From: Candidatus Poribacteria bacterium
Lineage (GTDB): Bacteria > Poribacteria > WGA-4E > WGA-3G
Assembly (NCBI GenBank): GCA_965214095.1
Contig: OZ243938.1
Span: 1,920,001-1,984,000, forward strand
Direction of reading: 5' to 3'
DNA: 64,000 bases
The notes beneath the pieces were generated by a model. The model did no database searches and had not been told where the DNA came from. It saw only the letters and a program-made list of their open reading frames with translations. A program made the position numbers and the translations under genes. How positions within the stretch are numbered: position 1 is the first letter of the stretch; every line of letters begins with the position of its first letter. Shown piece after piece: positions 40,569-50,996 of this stretch.

Positions 40569-41528
40569 ATGAAAAAAATGGTTTGGGCAGCGATGCTGCT
40601 CTTGATGTGTGTATCTTTTGGTCACGCTGAATATAATGGTGAATGTTGGATTGTTAGTAGTGGTATGACTGTTTATAGATTACATGCCAATGGGGAAGGA
40701 GACCCCACCGCAATAGAAAATTTGACAAATGCAAGTGATGTTCAGGTCAATCCTGTCAATGGTATTGTATGGATTGCAGTCTCCGCCTCTAATACTGTGT
40801 TTAGATTTGACCCTGCAGCTGGTACATTCACGCAAACGCCAGCAATTAAATCGCCTACTGGGTTATCTATTAACCCCACTGATGGTGCTATCTGGATTGC
40901 TGGACTTGATGGGGTCAGAAAGGTTTCAGCAGATGGACAAAGTTTTCTTGCCGAAATCATACCGCCAGATGGACCAGCGAATTTGGATGCGGGTAGGTTC
41001 AGTGTAGCCGTAAACCCAAAGGATGGTAGCTGCTGGATTGCAGATGGAAAAGGACCAATTGCACGCTATGATGCTGATGGGAATAAAGTTGCAACTGCTC
41101 CCCCGATGAATGAGCCAAAAGGTGGGATGTCAGTTGACTATCAAGGAAATGTTTGGGTCGCTGACACACAAAATAATGCGCTTGTCCGACTGTCTCCTGA
41201 TGGTAAAGAGTTGGTAAAACTTTCAGACATTAAGGCACCGGTTTCACCCAGTGTGAACCCTAAAGATGGCAGTGTATGGGTAGCTTCAAACAATAATTTG
41301 TTACTGAAAATTTCTCCAACTGGCACAACAGAGCAGACCCATGAAGTAGGAATGGCAATCGTGGCTGTAAGTTATTCTCCAGCGGAGAATGAAATTTGGA
41401 TTGCGGATATGCTTGGATCAACTTTTTCAGGTGAAGTTAGTAAATGGACAGCAAATGGTAAGAGACGTTTCGCAATTGCCGTACCACAACCCTCTAAAGT
41501 TTCAATCGGATTTTGGGAAGGGAATTAA
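40569..41528 (+). CDS. Secreted NHL/beta-propeller protein
   Basis: Signal peptide; repeated VNPxDGxxWIA blades. Confidence 0.8.
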   Translation: MKKMVWAAMLLLMCVSFGHAEYNGECWIVSSGMTVYRLHANGEGDPTAIENLTNASDVQVNPVNGIVWIAVSASNTVFRFDPAAGTFTQTPAIKSPTGLSINPTDGAIWIAGLDGVRKVSADGQSFLAEIIPPDGPANLDAGRFSVAVNPKDGSCWIADGKGPIARYDADGNKVATAPPMNEPKGGMSVDYQGNVWVADTQNNALVRLSPDGKELVKLSDIKAPVSPSVNPKDGSVWVASNNNLLLKISPTGTTEQTHEVGMAIVAVSYSPAENEIWIADMLGSTFSGEVSKWTANGKRRFAIAVPQPSKVSIGFWEGN

Positions 41529-41593
41529 GTTTAAGATTTAGTGCTTCTTGGAATGAGAATTGGTTTGATTCTCCGTGTCTCGTCCCTTATCTG

Positions 41594-41730
41594 TTTATTA
41601 AATGTAAGAGCACGTGCACACTCCCCGGTAGATGCGGTTTCCTAACCGCATCTATAACACTGAACAAACACCGGTTCGGTTAGGAAACCGAACCTACCGT
41701 AGTGTGTAAATAATTATGGTTTTTACTATA
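41594..41730. mobile_element. Copy of the 13674-13811 MITE
   Basis: gtgcacactccccggtagatgcggtttcctaaccgcatc...ttttactata. Confidence 0.8.
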
Positions 41731-41791
41731 ATTAATAGACCTCTATTCAAACAAATTTGATATAAGTCAAATTATACTTGTAAGGTGTATC

Positions 41792-44185
41792 ATGCGAAAA
41801 TTATGTACTATGACATTTGTGCTTTGTCTTGTAATCTCTGTTGCTGGGAATACTTATGCGCAGCTTCCGGATTTTCAAATTGATACCAAGAGTATAACCT
41901 TTTCCAATCCTACACCTATTGAAGGTGAGCAAATACTCATCTGGGTTGATGTAAGAAATGTTGGTGCTGTGGCACCTACGATGAACGAAGATTTAGTTGT
42001 AGACCTATACGAAGGAGACCCATCTACTCAGCCGCTACAAATATTGAGTCCTGGTGTAATCTTGGAGCTCATGCCGGGTGATATTGGACGTATTACTGCG
42101 AAATGGCAACCGCCACTTGGTAAGACCGATATCTATGCGGATGTTAACCCTAAAGGTGACAAACATATCACAGAATTGGATTATACGAATAACAGAGCAC
42201 ACGCAACAATAGTAGCAACAGCAAGAACGTTCCCAGATGTATCAACGGAACAGATTCAAACTGCTATTGACCAAGGTGTTGCATGGATAGAATCACGTCA
42301 AGGCAAGACAAGTCGCACTTGTCTGCAATGTGGCACAGAGAATCAGATCGTCTTATCATGTTTCATCTGTCAAGCCAGTTTAAAGGGACTTGCGGAAAAT
42401 TTTGTACCGGGTCCTGAATGGAATTTCGGAGAAGACCGTATACAAGAGACCTCATTAGCGTTACAAGCACTACTCGCTGCTGGTAAAAAACCTTCTGATC
42501 CATCTGTTCAACGAGGTCTTGATTTTATTTTAAGTGAGGATTGGAATACACTTGCTGTATATCAGTATGCTGTCCTTATTCCCGTATTAGTAGCAACTGA
42601 GAACAGGGAGTATAGAGGAAAAGCGCAATTTGCAGTCAACAAATTAGTTGAAAAGCAACTGCCAATTAAAAACGATGAATTTGCCGATGAACGTGATGAT
42701 GGTGGATGGGGCTACGGATACACAGCAGATGGCGCACACATGAACATGGTTATCTATGCTTTATACGCCGCAAAACAGTGGGGTCTTGATATTCCACAGG
42801 ATACATGGAAACGTGCTGAAAAATGGATTCGACGCAATCAAATAGAAACAGGTGGATGGCTCTATAATTTAGTTGATCAAGGTTCACCTTGGGCAATTGG
42901 TGTTTACGGAAGTATGACAGCGACTGGGTTGTGGGCATTGCGTGCATGTGGTGTGCCTGTTGAAAACATGCAAATTCAAAAAGGAATGGAGTGGATTCGG
43001 AAGCATTGGTCACTTACACGAAATCCTGGTTCGAATTCTTGGTTATACTATTACCTACTTTCTTTACAACGTTTTTGCGACATACCACCTAAGTTAGATA
43101 CGTTGGCTGGTCACGATTGGTATAATGAAATTTCAGCAATGATGGTATCAGAACAGCAACCGGATGGTCGATGGCATGGTGCGGAGAGTGATTTTTTGGC
43201 AAGCTGTTTTGCTGTGATGACATTGAGTCATGCCCTTGTTGGACCCACGGAACCAAATATTGGTATAGTGCCAAATAGTTTGCGGTATTCACCCCCATCA
43301 CCACGGGTCGGAGAAGCCGTAAAATTAACTGCCACACTCAGAAATAGCGGCACACCGCTTGATAAAACTTTGAACGTCATATTCTATGAAAATGATGTTG
43401 AAGTGAAATTAACTGAGGTATTATGGTCACCTACGTTGAATGAAACTGATGTTACGATTGATTGGGTGCCAAAACAGGAAGGTGAAACGACAGTCTCAGT
43501 CGTTGTAGAACTTGAGGACGCTGACGAAAGCGATAACAAAGCCTACGTAACAGTTAAAACATATTCAAAATCAACTTCTGCTACAGATGCAAAATTGGGG
43601 ATACCTAAGAAAATTGGAGAAAACCTACATCAATTAGGTACTGTGGTATTAAATACGAACACAAAAGAGATAACTATTCCGGGTGAAATTAACATAGCAA
43701 CTGATGACACCATAATTGAATTTTTTGCCTGTGGAACACTTGGTAAATCTCATGAGAGTATTCTAATCATTGATGTGGAACCAATACACTTATTTATCGC
43801 ACTTGGTGGATTACTTGAACTTGAACCCGGTAGAAACCTCGCAGTGCAAGGGGATCCACACGAACCGAAGGGTTCCCAAGTTCAGATATGGGTTGAATGG
43901 AATAGAGGAGATGATGTTGCCACCCATAATGCGCATGAGTTGGTATGGAATGCCATCACTGGACAACCGATGCAGAAAACACATTGGATTTTCACGGGTG
44001 GACGTCTTATAAACAACCAGCTTACCTCTCAACTTTATCATAATTTAATCGCCGTTTATCGAGATCCCGATTCACTAATAAATAATCCTTTACCCGGTGG
44101 TACAGATGATAGTACATATCGCGTCAATACAGATGTCATTCCACCTAAAGGCACAAAAGTAAAAGTAAAAATTCGTCCTATATAA
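41792..44185 (+). CDS. Secreted CARDB + prenyltransferase/squalene-cyclase-like repeat + YdjY-like protein
   Basis: PDFQI..SNP / E.DYTNN CARDB pattern, CxxC...CxxC insert, DGGWGY, Q..TGGWLY, QQPDGRW, KSHESIL, WIFTGG. Confidence 0.7.
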   Translation: MRKLCTMTFVLCLVISVAGNTYAQLPDFQIDTKSITFSNPTPIEGEQILIWVDVRNVGAVAPTMNEDLVVDLYEGDPSTQPLQILSPGVILELMPGDIGRITAKWQPPLGKTDIYADVNPKGDKHITELDYTNNRAHATIVATARTFPDVSTEQIQTAIDQGVAWIESRQGKTSRTCLQCGTENQIVLSCFICQASLKGLAENFVPGPEWNFGEDRIQETSLALQALLAAGKKPSDPSVQRGLDFILSEDWNTLAVYQYAVLIPVLVATENREYRGKAQFAVNKLVEKQLPIKNDEFADERDDGGWGYGYTADGAHMNMVIYALYAAKQWGLDIPQDTWKRAEKWIRRNQIETGGWLYNLVDQGSPWAIGVYGSMTATGLWALRACGVPVENMQIQKGMEWIRKHWSLTRNPGSNSWLYYYLLSLQRFCDIPPKLDTLAGHDWYNEISAMMVSEQQPDGRWHGAESDFLASCFAVMTLSHALVGPTEPNIGIVPNSLRYSPPSPRVGEAVKLTATLRNSGTPLDKTLNVIFYENDVEVKLTEVLWSPTLNETDVTIDWVPKQEGETTVSVVVELEDADESDNKAYVTVKTYSKSTSATDAKLGIPKKIGENLHQLGTVVLNTNTKEITIPGEINIATDDTIIEFFACGTLGKSHESILIIDVEPIHLFIALGGLLELEPGRNLAVQGDPHEPKGSQVQIWVEWNRGDDVATHNAHELVWNAITGQPMQKTHWIFTGGRLINNQLTSQLYHNLIAVYRDPDSLINNPLPGGTDDSTYRVNTDVIPPKGTKVKVKIRPI

Positions 44186-44187
44186 CT

Positions 44188-44415
44188 GAGGGGTGTGCAT
44201 AAATAATCGGTGGATCAACATAGATGGTGACACACGTCACAAACCTCTTCATGTGGATGGGTACCATTCTTAGTGCAAAAAGGACAAGATTTTGTAGGTC
44301 GGGTAGAGTTTGCGAAATCCGACATGCAAGACTGGATACGATTGTGTCGGGTTTCACTGCGTTCTACCCGACCTACGACATAAGTTTAGAATCAAATTTA
44401 TTTATGCACACCCTC
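44188..44415. mobile_element. MITE with GGGTGTGCATAAATAA TIRs and a REP-like doublet
   Basis: Flanked by ATATAAC(T/C) direct repeats; internal gtaggtcgggtaga...tctacccgacctac. Confidence 0.85.
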
Positions 44416-44476
44416 ATATAACCAAATTTCCAAAGGATATGGGTCGACGGAATGTTGAGGACATTAAGAGGATATT

Positions 44477-44755
44477 GTGAGAGATTCAACTGTATATCAA
44501 GTAATCATAGAACGTGGCATTGAACAAGGCATTGAACAAGGCAGACAAATTGGAGCAAAGGAGTTTGCTATCAACCAGATATTGGACACACTCAATAACC
44601 GTTTCAATATGAATACAGCTGCAACTTTAACCTCTTCACTTGAAGAAATTGACAATTTAGAAGATTTTAAAGAACTTATACGGGAAGCATCGGTATCAGA
44701 ACATTTAGAGGATTTTGTCCACGCTTTAGATTCTTGCCGTAATGGTTCACAATAG
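44477..44755 (+). CDS. Stand-alone C-terminal domain of an Rpn/DUF4351-like protein
   Basis: MRDSTVYQVIIERGIEQGIEQG, L..RF, LEEIDNLE..KEL; GAGG RBS. Confidence 0.65.
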   Translation: MRDSTVYQVIIERGIEQGIEQGRQIGAKEFAINQILDTLNNRFNMNTAATLTSSLEEIDNLEDFKELIREASVSEHLEDFVHALDSCRNGSQ

Positions 44756-44772
44756 TTCTTGGAAGGTAAGTT

Positions 44773-44955
44773 ATGCCAATTTTTGAATATCACTGCAAAA
44801 CATGCGAAACCAACTTTGAAGTATTACAACGTACAAAAGATGTCAAAGCACTCCCAAAATGTCCTGATTGTGGCAATCAGAATACAAAGAAACGTCTCTC
44901 TTCTTTCGCCGCTAAAGGGACGCAAAAGGTAACCGTTCAAGATAATGCTACTTGA
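44773..44955 (+). CDS. FmdB-family zinc ribbon protein
   Basis: MPIFEYHCKTC...FE...CPDCG...LSSF. Confidence 0.88.
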   Translation: MPIFEYHCKTCETNFEVLQRTKDVKALPKCPDCGNQNTKKRLSSFAAKGTQKVTVQDNAT

Positions 44956-44984
44956 GCAATTCCAAATATTGGCAGTTAGTCATC

Positions 44985-46391
44985 ATGAAACAGAATCCAG
45001 AAAAAAAGATAAATGTTCTCCGTGAAGTTGGAGACAACAAAGTTTTTCCGGTATATCTACTCTGTGGTACGGAAACGTTTCTGATTGAAGGTACACTTAA
45101 ACAGGTGCTGGATAAACTGCTATCACCGGACACACGTGATTTCAATTTAACCATTTTAGATGGAAATAATGTTTCTGTGCGGGATATCCTTAGCAATGTT
45201 GAGTTATATCCGACAATGTCGGATTGGCGTGTTGTTGTGGTAGAAAATTTTTCTGCATTTAAGTCAAAGAAACGCACCACATCTCCACTCACTGTAGTTC
45301 GAGAAGCAATGAAGTCTGAATCAGAGGATGTTCAAAAATGTGTGAATGTTGTCGCAAAACTTATTGGAATTTCCACACAACAAATTGCTGATGGGAATAC
45401 AGATTTCGTCAGTGCAATTGATGAGATTAGTGAAACGCTTGGTAGCAGTGTGCCAGAAGATATCCAAGCATTTTTCAAGCGATTACCACAACTTGCCAGT
45501 CAACTTGATGAACATCAAGAAGTTAGAAGCAGCAACGAAGACACAGAACTATTATTGGAATGGCTTGAAGGAGACCTGCCTGAGTCAAGTGTTCTCATCT
45601 TTGTGGAAAAGAGTGAAGTAAGTAGTAATCATCGTATTTCAAAAGCAATTCAGAAAGTTGGTAGGTATGTCTCTTATGATCCATTGGAAAAAGGCAGTTC
45701 ACTCAACAAGGATCCACTTTATAAGAAAGTAGTGGAGAAGTTTGAAACTTATGACAAGAGAATAACACCGCGTGCTTTTGAACAACTACGGAATCGGACT
45801 GGTGGTGACATGCACATGATTGCTGAAGCTATCAACAAGATTATCAACTTTGTTGGAGACAAACAACAGATAGATGAAGTTGATGTCCGAAATATTGTAT
45901 CTCAGTCTACTTACGATAGGATTTTCGATTTGACCGATGCAATTGGTAAACGTTCAATTCGCCAAGGATTGAAAAGTCTACGGGAAATATTAGCCAGTGG
46001 TGTTAACCCAAATATGATTGCTGGTGCTATCGTTAGTCATCTACGTTTGACCTTACAAGCGAAATTAATCGCGAAGGAAAAAGAACTAAAACCGATTAGT
46101 AGGCAGCTACGTTACAACGATTTTATTACAAAGATATTTGAACCGTTGGCTGAGGAATTGGGCGAGTTGCTACCTAATGCATCAGAACATAACATATTAA
46201 AACGCAATCCGTATCCGGCATATAAGATATTTCAAACGTTACACGCATTCACAACAGAAGAGTTGGTGTCTGCGATGGAAAAAACTTTGGAGATGCAAAT
46301 CCAATCCAGAACAACACATACTAATGAGGAACTTCTGCTTGAACAGTTAGTCTATGAAATTTGTAACGATACCAAACCGAGATGGAGTTAA
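44985..46391 (+). CDS. holA: DNA polymerase III delta subunit (with a large insertion)
   Basis: PVYLLCGTETFL, DFNL, RVVVVEN, EAINKI..F, IFDLTDAIG. Confidence 0.82.
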   Translation: MKQNPEKKINVLREVGDNKVFPVYLLCGTETFLIEGTLKQVLDKLLSPDTRDFNLTILDGNNVSVRDILSNVELYPTMSDWRVVVVENFSAFKSKKRTTSPLTVVREAMKSESEDVQKCVNVVAKLIGISTQQIADGNTDFVSAIDEISETLGSSVPEDIQAFFKRLPQLASQLDEHQEVRSSNEDTELLLEWLEGDLPESSVLIFVEKSEVSSNHRISKAIQKVGRYVSYDPLEKGSSLNKDPLYKKVVEKFETYDKRITPRAFEQLRNRTGGDMHMIAEAINKIINFVGDKQQIDEVDVRNIVSQSTYDRIFDLTDAIGKRSIRQGLKSLREILASGVNPNMIAGAIVSHLRLTLQAKLIAKEKELKPISRQLRYNDFITKIFEPLAEELGELLPNASEHNILKRNPYPAYKIFQTLHAFTTEELVSAMEKTLEMQIQSRTTHTNEELLLEQLVYEICNDTKPRWS

Positions 46392-47128
46392 TGTGTCAGT
46401 GTATATATGACAGAATTGATTCCTATTTTCAGTGCGATATTTGAATATTCGCGAGGATATGAAGCCATTGCAGCGTGTTCCCAAGCATCGCCCAAATCAG
46501 AATTGAAGCAAATCAGCATCATAAGTTTTCCTTTATCATCAGTCACACCGAGATATTTTGCTGGATGACCGTCAAAACGTTCATAAGTCCTTCCACTGTA
46601 GAGTGCGCGTAAACCGGGTATTTGAATCAGTTTTTCAATCTTGTAGAAGCATTGGAAAATTCGGTGTGTAACTGGTATTTCAACCGGTTCACGGTTCGGA
46701 AAAATCTTTTTGAATTCTTTATAGAACCGCTTCCACTCTATCCCTCCGTGAAAATCATCAACAAAGAGAAAACCGCCGCGTAATAGATATTCACGCAGAT
46801 TTGCTGCTTCTGCATTACTCAGCCGCATGCTGCCTACTTCAAGGACATAAGCAAAAGGATAATCAAATAGGTCTTTTGAACCGACTGAGATATGAATACT
46901 ATCAGGTGCAACACTAATATTGGTCTGCTTTTTGAGTTGATAAATAAAGTTTCGATCAGAGGCAGGATAATCAACTTCCCAATTACTTAGCTGTGTGAGT
47001 CTACCACTGTATTTTAGGCGTACGAAGGCGAAATCGTATTCAGGGTTAGCATCTGAAATTACAATTACATTCGGAAAGACGATTGTAAAGAGGATAGATA
47101 AAACGATAGTATTTCGCATTTTTATCAC
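46388..47128 (-). CDS. DUF4159 protein
   Basis: W..DYP.SD.N, LREYLLRGGFLFVDDF, DLGDAWE. Confidence 0.88.
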   Translation of the reverse strand: MIKMRNTIVLSILFTIVFPNVIVISDANPEYDFAFVRLKYSGRLTQLSNWEVDYPASDRNFIYQLKKQTNISVAPDSIHISVGSKDLFDYPFAYVLEVGSMRLSNAEAANLREYLLRGGFLFVDDFHGGIEWKRFYKEFKKIFPNREPVEIPVTHRIFQCFYKIEKLIQIPGLRALYSGRTYERFDGHPAKYLGVTDDKGKLMMLICFNSDLGDAWEHAAMASYPREYSNIALKIGINSVIYTLTH

Positions 47129-49443
47129 TAAAAACTATAACTCCATCCAAAAGATGTATTGTAACCTTGCCATGAATCCAAAGTTTTAGCAATATTAAAC
47201 CTAAAAAAGCCGGCATCATGAAACTGTAAACCGATGCCTACATCTGCTTTGGGGTCAAAGGAGAACGTTGAATCAGACACATTCCATACTTGTCCTTCAT
47301 CAAGAAAGAGGACAAAAAAGAAATTCTTGAAAAAATCCCGATTAACCAAGTTTTTTAAACGGTGATGATATTCAATGTTCAGCAAGAATCCACCGTCACC
47401 CATAAAAGCATATTTAGAGGAACTTACCTCGGGTGTTGTAGCAGTCTCATTTGCTGATTCAAAGAGAGGGTATCCTCTCAAACCACCTAAACCACTAATT
47501 GCAAACTGTCTCTGTTCGGGTAATGGGTTATCAGAGAAACCGAATAGTAACCGAGTTCTGACGCGGTTATCATCTAAAGGAAAAGCATAACGCAGATGTA
47601 TTTGGAGGCGAGTAAAATCAAAATCTGAACCGAAAGCAATGTTACTATGTTCAACAGACATTGTATTATCCCAACCAAGATATTCTTGCTGTGTGTTGAA
47701 ACTGTAATTCAAGGTAAGGCTGTGTATACGTCCTGGTGTGATAGCAGGATTTTGTCTGGCTTCAATATGTTTTGATACCCATTGCGAAATATTCCAATCA
47801 GTGCTTTTTTGAAGACTTTCGTGTGATTCTGCGATCATTGACATATTGAACGTATGTTCTGGTAACCTTGGACTCCATTCTAATTGGACTTCAAATCCTT
47901 TTCTCAAATAGTAATTTGCTAGACCAGGATATCCTAATATGTGTTGAAAAGTGAAGAATCCCTGTCTATAGTTTGGAAATAGTTCAGGAGCTACTACATC
48001 GGATTGACGGTGGACATGTCCCATCAATCCGAATTTCCATAGATATGGTTCACCCCAGTTTATTCTACCACCGAATCGATAATGGAATTTGGGATTTCCT
48101 AATGTAGTGCTAATTCTACCAAATAGGTTATATGTGCGCGTATTTAATAAATGCGGCACATTCCACTGCCATAATGGTCCAATTTCTGTAGGTTTTCCAA
48201 TTTGAAATCCTGTGCCGAATTCCCAGTCGGTAACACGGTTGAACCCCAGAAATAGAGGAGGGCGAAACCCAAGATATAAATCCGAAGACAGAGGTTTTTC
48301 TGCCAATGTGATCGTTGCAACACGACTGTAGTTCTCTTCTTTAACCCGCAGTTTTATCTCAGAAAAATAGGGCATTACTTTGAATAAAGTTTTTAGAGCT
48401 TGTTCAATATTCTCCGATCCGTTATTTAGATGTCTGCGAATATCTTGTTCTGATATTTTCTGATTTCCAATAATCCTTATCTCGTGAATAGGCGCATTTG
48501 CTGCTTTGAAACGTGTTGCCTCGTCTGGAAATAACTCATCAATCTCAAGATTGGAAGTGGTTGATTTTATTCGCCGATGTGTTCCACTATGATTGATCAT
48601 GAGCGATCTTAATACTGATACTGATTTTGAACGTTTCCGATTCTTCATAGTAAGAATTGCTATATTCGCTCCATTTTCCTCGGTGACCTTAACAGAAACA
48701 GTCCGGTGAGGTGGGAGCGATTTAATGATCATCGGTAACACATTTTTGAGATCACCCGAACCTTTCTCAAGAAACTTAAATATTTTGTTTTCCTCATTTC
48801 TCTGTGTATTTTGAATGATGAAATCATCAATTGGTAAGCTATCGTAATGCCAAGATGAAATCGGTGGATCAAAGGGTATGTCCGATGAAGAACTTTTCTC
48901 TTTCTTCAATGTCTCTGTTGTTGGTGGTACCACAACAGAATCAGGTAACTGTCTAAGATTTTCCAATTCTGTTATATCAATACCGAGTTGGTTAAGGTTT
49001 CTTATTATATTTACTACTTGTTTGGGTGGAATTTCTCCAGTGATATTTATCAGATACACTTCCTCTCCACTACTTACAATAATGAAGATTCCAACAACAG
49101 AGTCATTTTGTGTGAGTGTGAAAAGATACAATTTCTCATTTCTCTGATATGTGCTCCATCCTCGTGTTATTAGTCTATTATTATAGTAGTTGAGCATTTG
49201 CTGATAATTAAGACCTTTTCTATGATAACTTCGCAAATATAGGTTGTCAACGTGGCTAAATGATGATGTAATGTCAGGGTTTGGATTGTCCATCACATCA
49301 GTAATAGTCCTGTGGTCTAAGTCAAATTCAAATTGTGGCGAAGGTGAATTCTGCCACTTGAATGCGACTTTACCACTATTGGTTTGTGCATTTACAGCAG
49401 TGCATATTAATAGTATAAAGAGTATATTTATTTTGTACTTCAT
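47128..49443 (-). CDS. Outer-membrane beta-barrel protein (BamA/TamA-like C-terminus, POTRA-like middle)
   Basis: IRIIGNQKI, GGLRGY, FLDEGQVW, DVGIG, terminal SF. Confidence 0.7.
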   Translation of the reverse strand: MKYKINILFILLICTAVNAQTNSGKVAFKWQNSPSPQFEFDLDHRTITDVMDNPNPDITSSFSHVDNLYLRSYHRKGLNYQQMLNYYNNRLITRGWSTYQRNEKLYLFTLTQNDSVVGIFIIVSSGEEVYLINITGEIPPKQVVNIIRNLNQLGIDITELENLRQLPDSVVVPPTTETLKKEKSSSSDIPFDPPISSWHYDSLPIDDFIIQNTQRNEENKIFKFLEKGSGDLKNVLPMIIKSLPPHRTVSVKVTEENGANIAILTMKNRKRSKSVSVLRSLMINHSGTHRRIKSTTSNLEIDELFPDEATRFKAANAPIHEIRIIGNQKISEQDIRRHLNNGSENIEQALKTLFKVMPYFSEIKLRVKEENYSRVATITLAEKPLSSDLYLGFRPPLFLGFNRVTDWEFGTGFQIGKPTEIGPLWQWNVPHLLNTRTYNLFGRISTTLGNPKFHYRFGGRINWGEPYLWKFGLMGHVHRQSDVVAPELFPNYRQGFFTFQHILGYPGLANYYLRKGFEVQLEWSPRLPEHTFNMSMIAESHESLQKSTDWNISQWVSKHIEARQNPAITPGRIHSLTLNYSFNTQQEYLGWDNTMSVEHSNIAFGSDFDFTRLQIHLRYAFPLDDNRVRTRLLFGFSDNPLPEQRQFAISGLGGLRGYPLFESANETATTPEVSSSKYAFMGDGGFLLNIEYHHRLKNLVNRDFFKNFFFVLFLDEGQVWNVSDSTFSFDPKADVGIGLQFHDAGFFRFNIAKTLDSWQGYNTSFGWSYSF

Positions 49444-49457
49444 AATGTTACGTATGA

Positions 49458-49560
49458 TATAGTAGATTTTTAAATTACTTGAACACTCTGCATCGGCGAG
49501 GTTAGGAAACCTCGCCTACCGTGGGTCGAAAGTGTCAACTTATATTTATAATTCACTATA
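49458..49560. mobile_element. Copy of the 8695-8790 MITE
   Basis: Near-identical sequence and ends. Confidence 0.78.
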
Positions 49561-49566
49561 ATATGT

Positions 49567-50664
49567 CTATTTTTTGACTTTCTGTTTTAATGATTTCAAT
49601 GCATCTGGCACTTCAGGTTTTCCGGGATGGAAGATAACTTCTGCCGGTACAATTTGTCTTGGACGGTTAGGCGGTTTATAAAACCATTGTAGTGCAATTT
49701 GGAAGCGCGGACCTTGGAAATAGTGTATCTGAACAGGGTGAAATCCAGCATTCAGTCTAATGGAGGATCTTCTGCTGGAAGGACCGTGAGTGCCATCATG
49801 ATTAACAACCAATTTTCCGTTGATGTATAACTTGAATCCATCATCAGAGAGCATTTCGAACATATAGACTCCAGGCGTATCCACTGCAAGTTTTCCGTGG
49901 AAGTGGATAGCAAAGTTCTCAAGTACTTCCTGTTTCTTTGGTGTGGGAAAACCTTCTGTATAGTGTCTTGCCGAAACATCTAAATTCGCAGTGGTAAAGG
50001 AATAAACAGGTGTCATTCTTTTGAAATTTGGCAATCGGTGGATAGGCGTATCAGATATGTAGACTTTACCAACTAAACCGTGTCCAGGCATCACATCAGT
50101 GTTAAAAATACCAAGTCCCGTATCTCCTTCTGTGTATCCAATTGAAGGCAGATCGTCTGTGTTAGATATTCCTGCTAATCTCTTCCCCATGCCACCTTCT
50201 TTTCCGGAACCTGATCCACCGCGACCTACACCGCGTTTGGTTCCTCCTGCTCCACGAAATTCAGGAATTACGACGGGACCTGCCGCATCTGTATCTTTTC
50301 CAAAACTTGCGTTGGGTAAAGAAGATGAATTCGTTTGTGGAATATCAGCAAATGTTACAATTTCCGGGGCAAGGTCATCGTAGATTGGTGCTTTTGGCGG
50401 ATTCATTTCTGGAGCATATTTCGGTGCAGCACGAGTAATTGATGGTGAACCGCTATCTGTTCTAATTTTTGGTTTAACAGACTTATGTTCAAGCTTTGTG
50501 CGTCGTTTTATACGTTCAGGTGATTCGACCTTAAAGAACTCAAGAGATAAAGGATTTTCAAATTCATTGAGATGTTTTACGATAAATGGTGATATAGATA
50601 GGACTAAAATGAAATGAATACATAAGGAGATCAATAGTGATATTTTATTTCTGTTACTTTTCAT
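49567..50664 (-). CDS. Membrane-anchored PA14-domain protein
   Basis: ISLCIH TM anchor, Gly-rich linker, SDDGFKLYING..V.HDG.H, GFHPVQIHYFQ. Confidence 0.85.
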   Translation of the reverse strand: MKSNRNKISLLISLCIHFILVLSISPFIVKHLNEFENPLSLEFFKVESPERIKRRTKLEHKSVKPKIRTDSGSPSITRAAPKYAPEMNPPKAPIYDDLAPEIVTFADIPQTNSSSLPNASFGKDTDAAGPVVIPEFRGAGGTKRGVGRGGSGSGKEGGMGKRLAGISNTDDLPSIGYTEGDTGLGIFNTDVMPGHGLVGKVYISDTPIHRLPNFKRMTPVYSFTTANLDVSARHYTEGFPTPKKQEVLENFAIHFHGKLAVDTPGVYMFEMLSDDGFKLYINGKLVVNHDGTHGPSSRRSSIRLNAGFHPVQIHYFQGPRFQIALQWFYKPPNRPRQIVPAEVIFHPGKPEVPDALKSLKQKVKK

Positions 50665-50704
50665 GGTTTTGTTCCCTCTCTATTTTGATGTATCCGTTCT
50701 ATGT

Positions 50705-50980
50705 TATAGTGAAATCTATAATTACTTGCACACAATTGTAGCGCAAACTGCATGAAGATTAACAAATAAATAGGGTAATTTCCTTGAGAAGTCCGGTGCG
50801 GTTAGGAAACCGCACCTACCGGGTTTGGGAAAATGAGAATTACCCGTTTAATAAATTAATCTTCATCCAGTTTGCGTACCACTACTGCACAAACTGGCAG
50901 TTTGTGCTACGGCACAGTCCAGGTCTGTTGGTTTAGGTCTCACGTACCAAAAGTGTGCATATATTTTGTATTTCACTATA
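50705..50980. mobile_element. Nested MITE: TATAGTGAAAT element whose REP is interrupted by an ATGAAGATTAA-TIR element (50752-50866)
   Basis: Perfect 11-bp outer and inner inverted ends; the split REP can be rejoined. Confidence 0.82.
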
Positions 50981-50996
50981 ATGTATATGTAGACTA

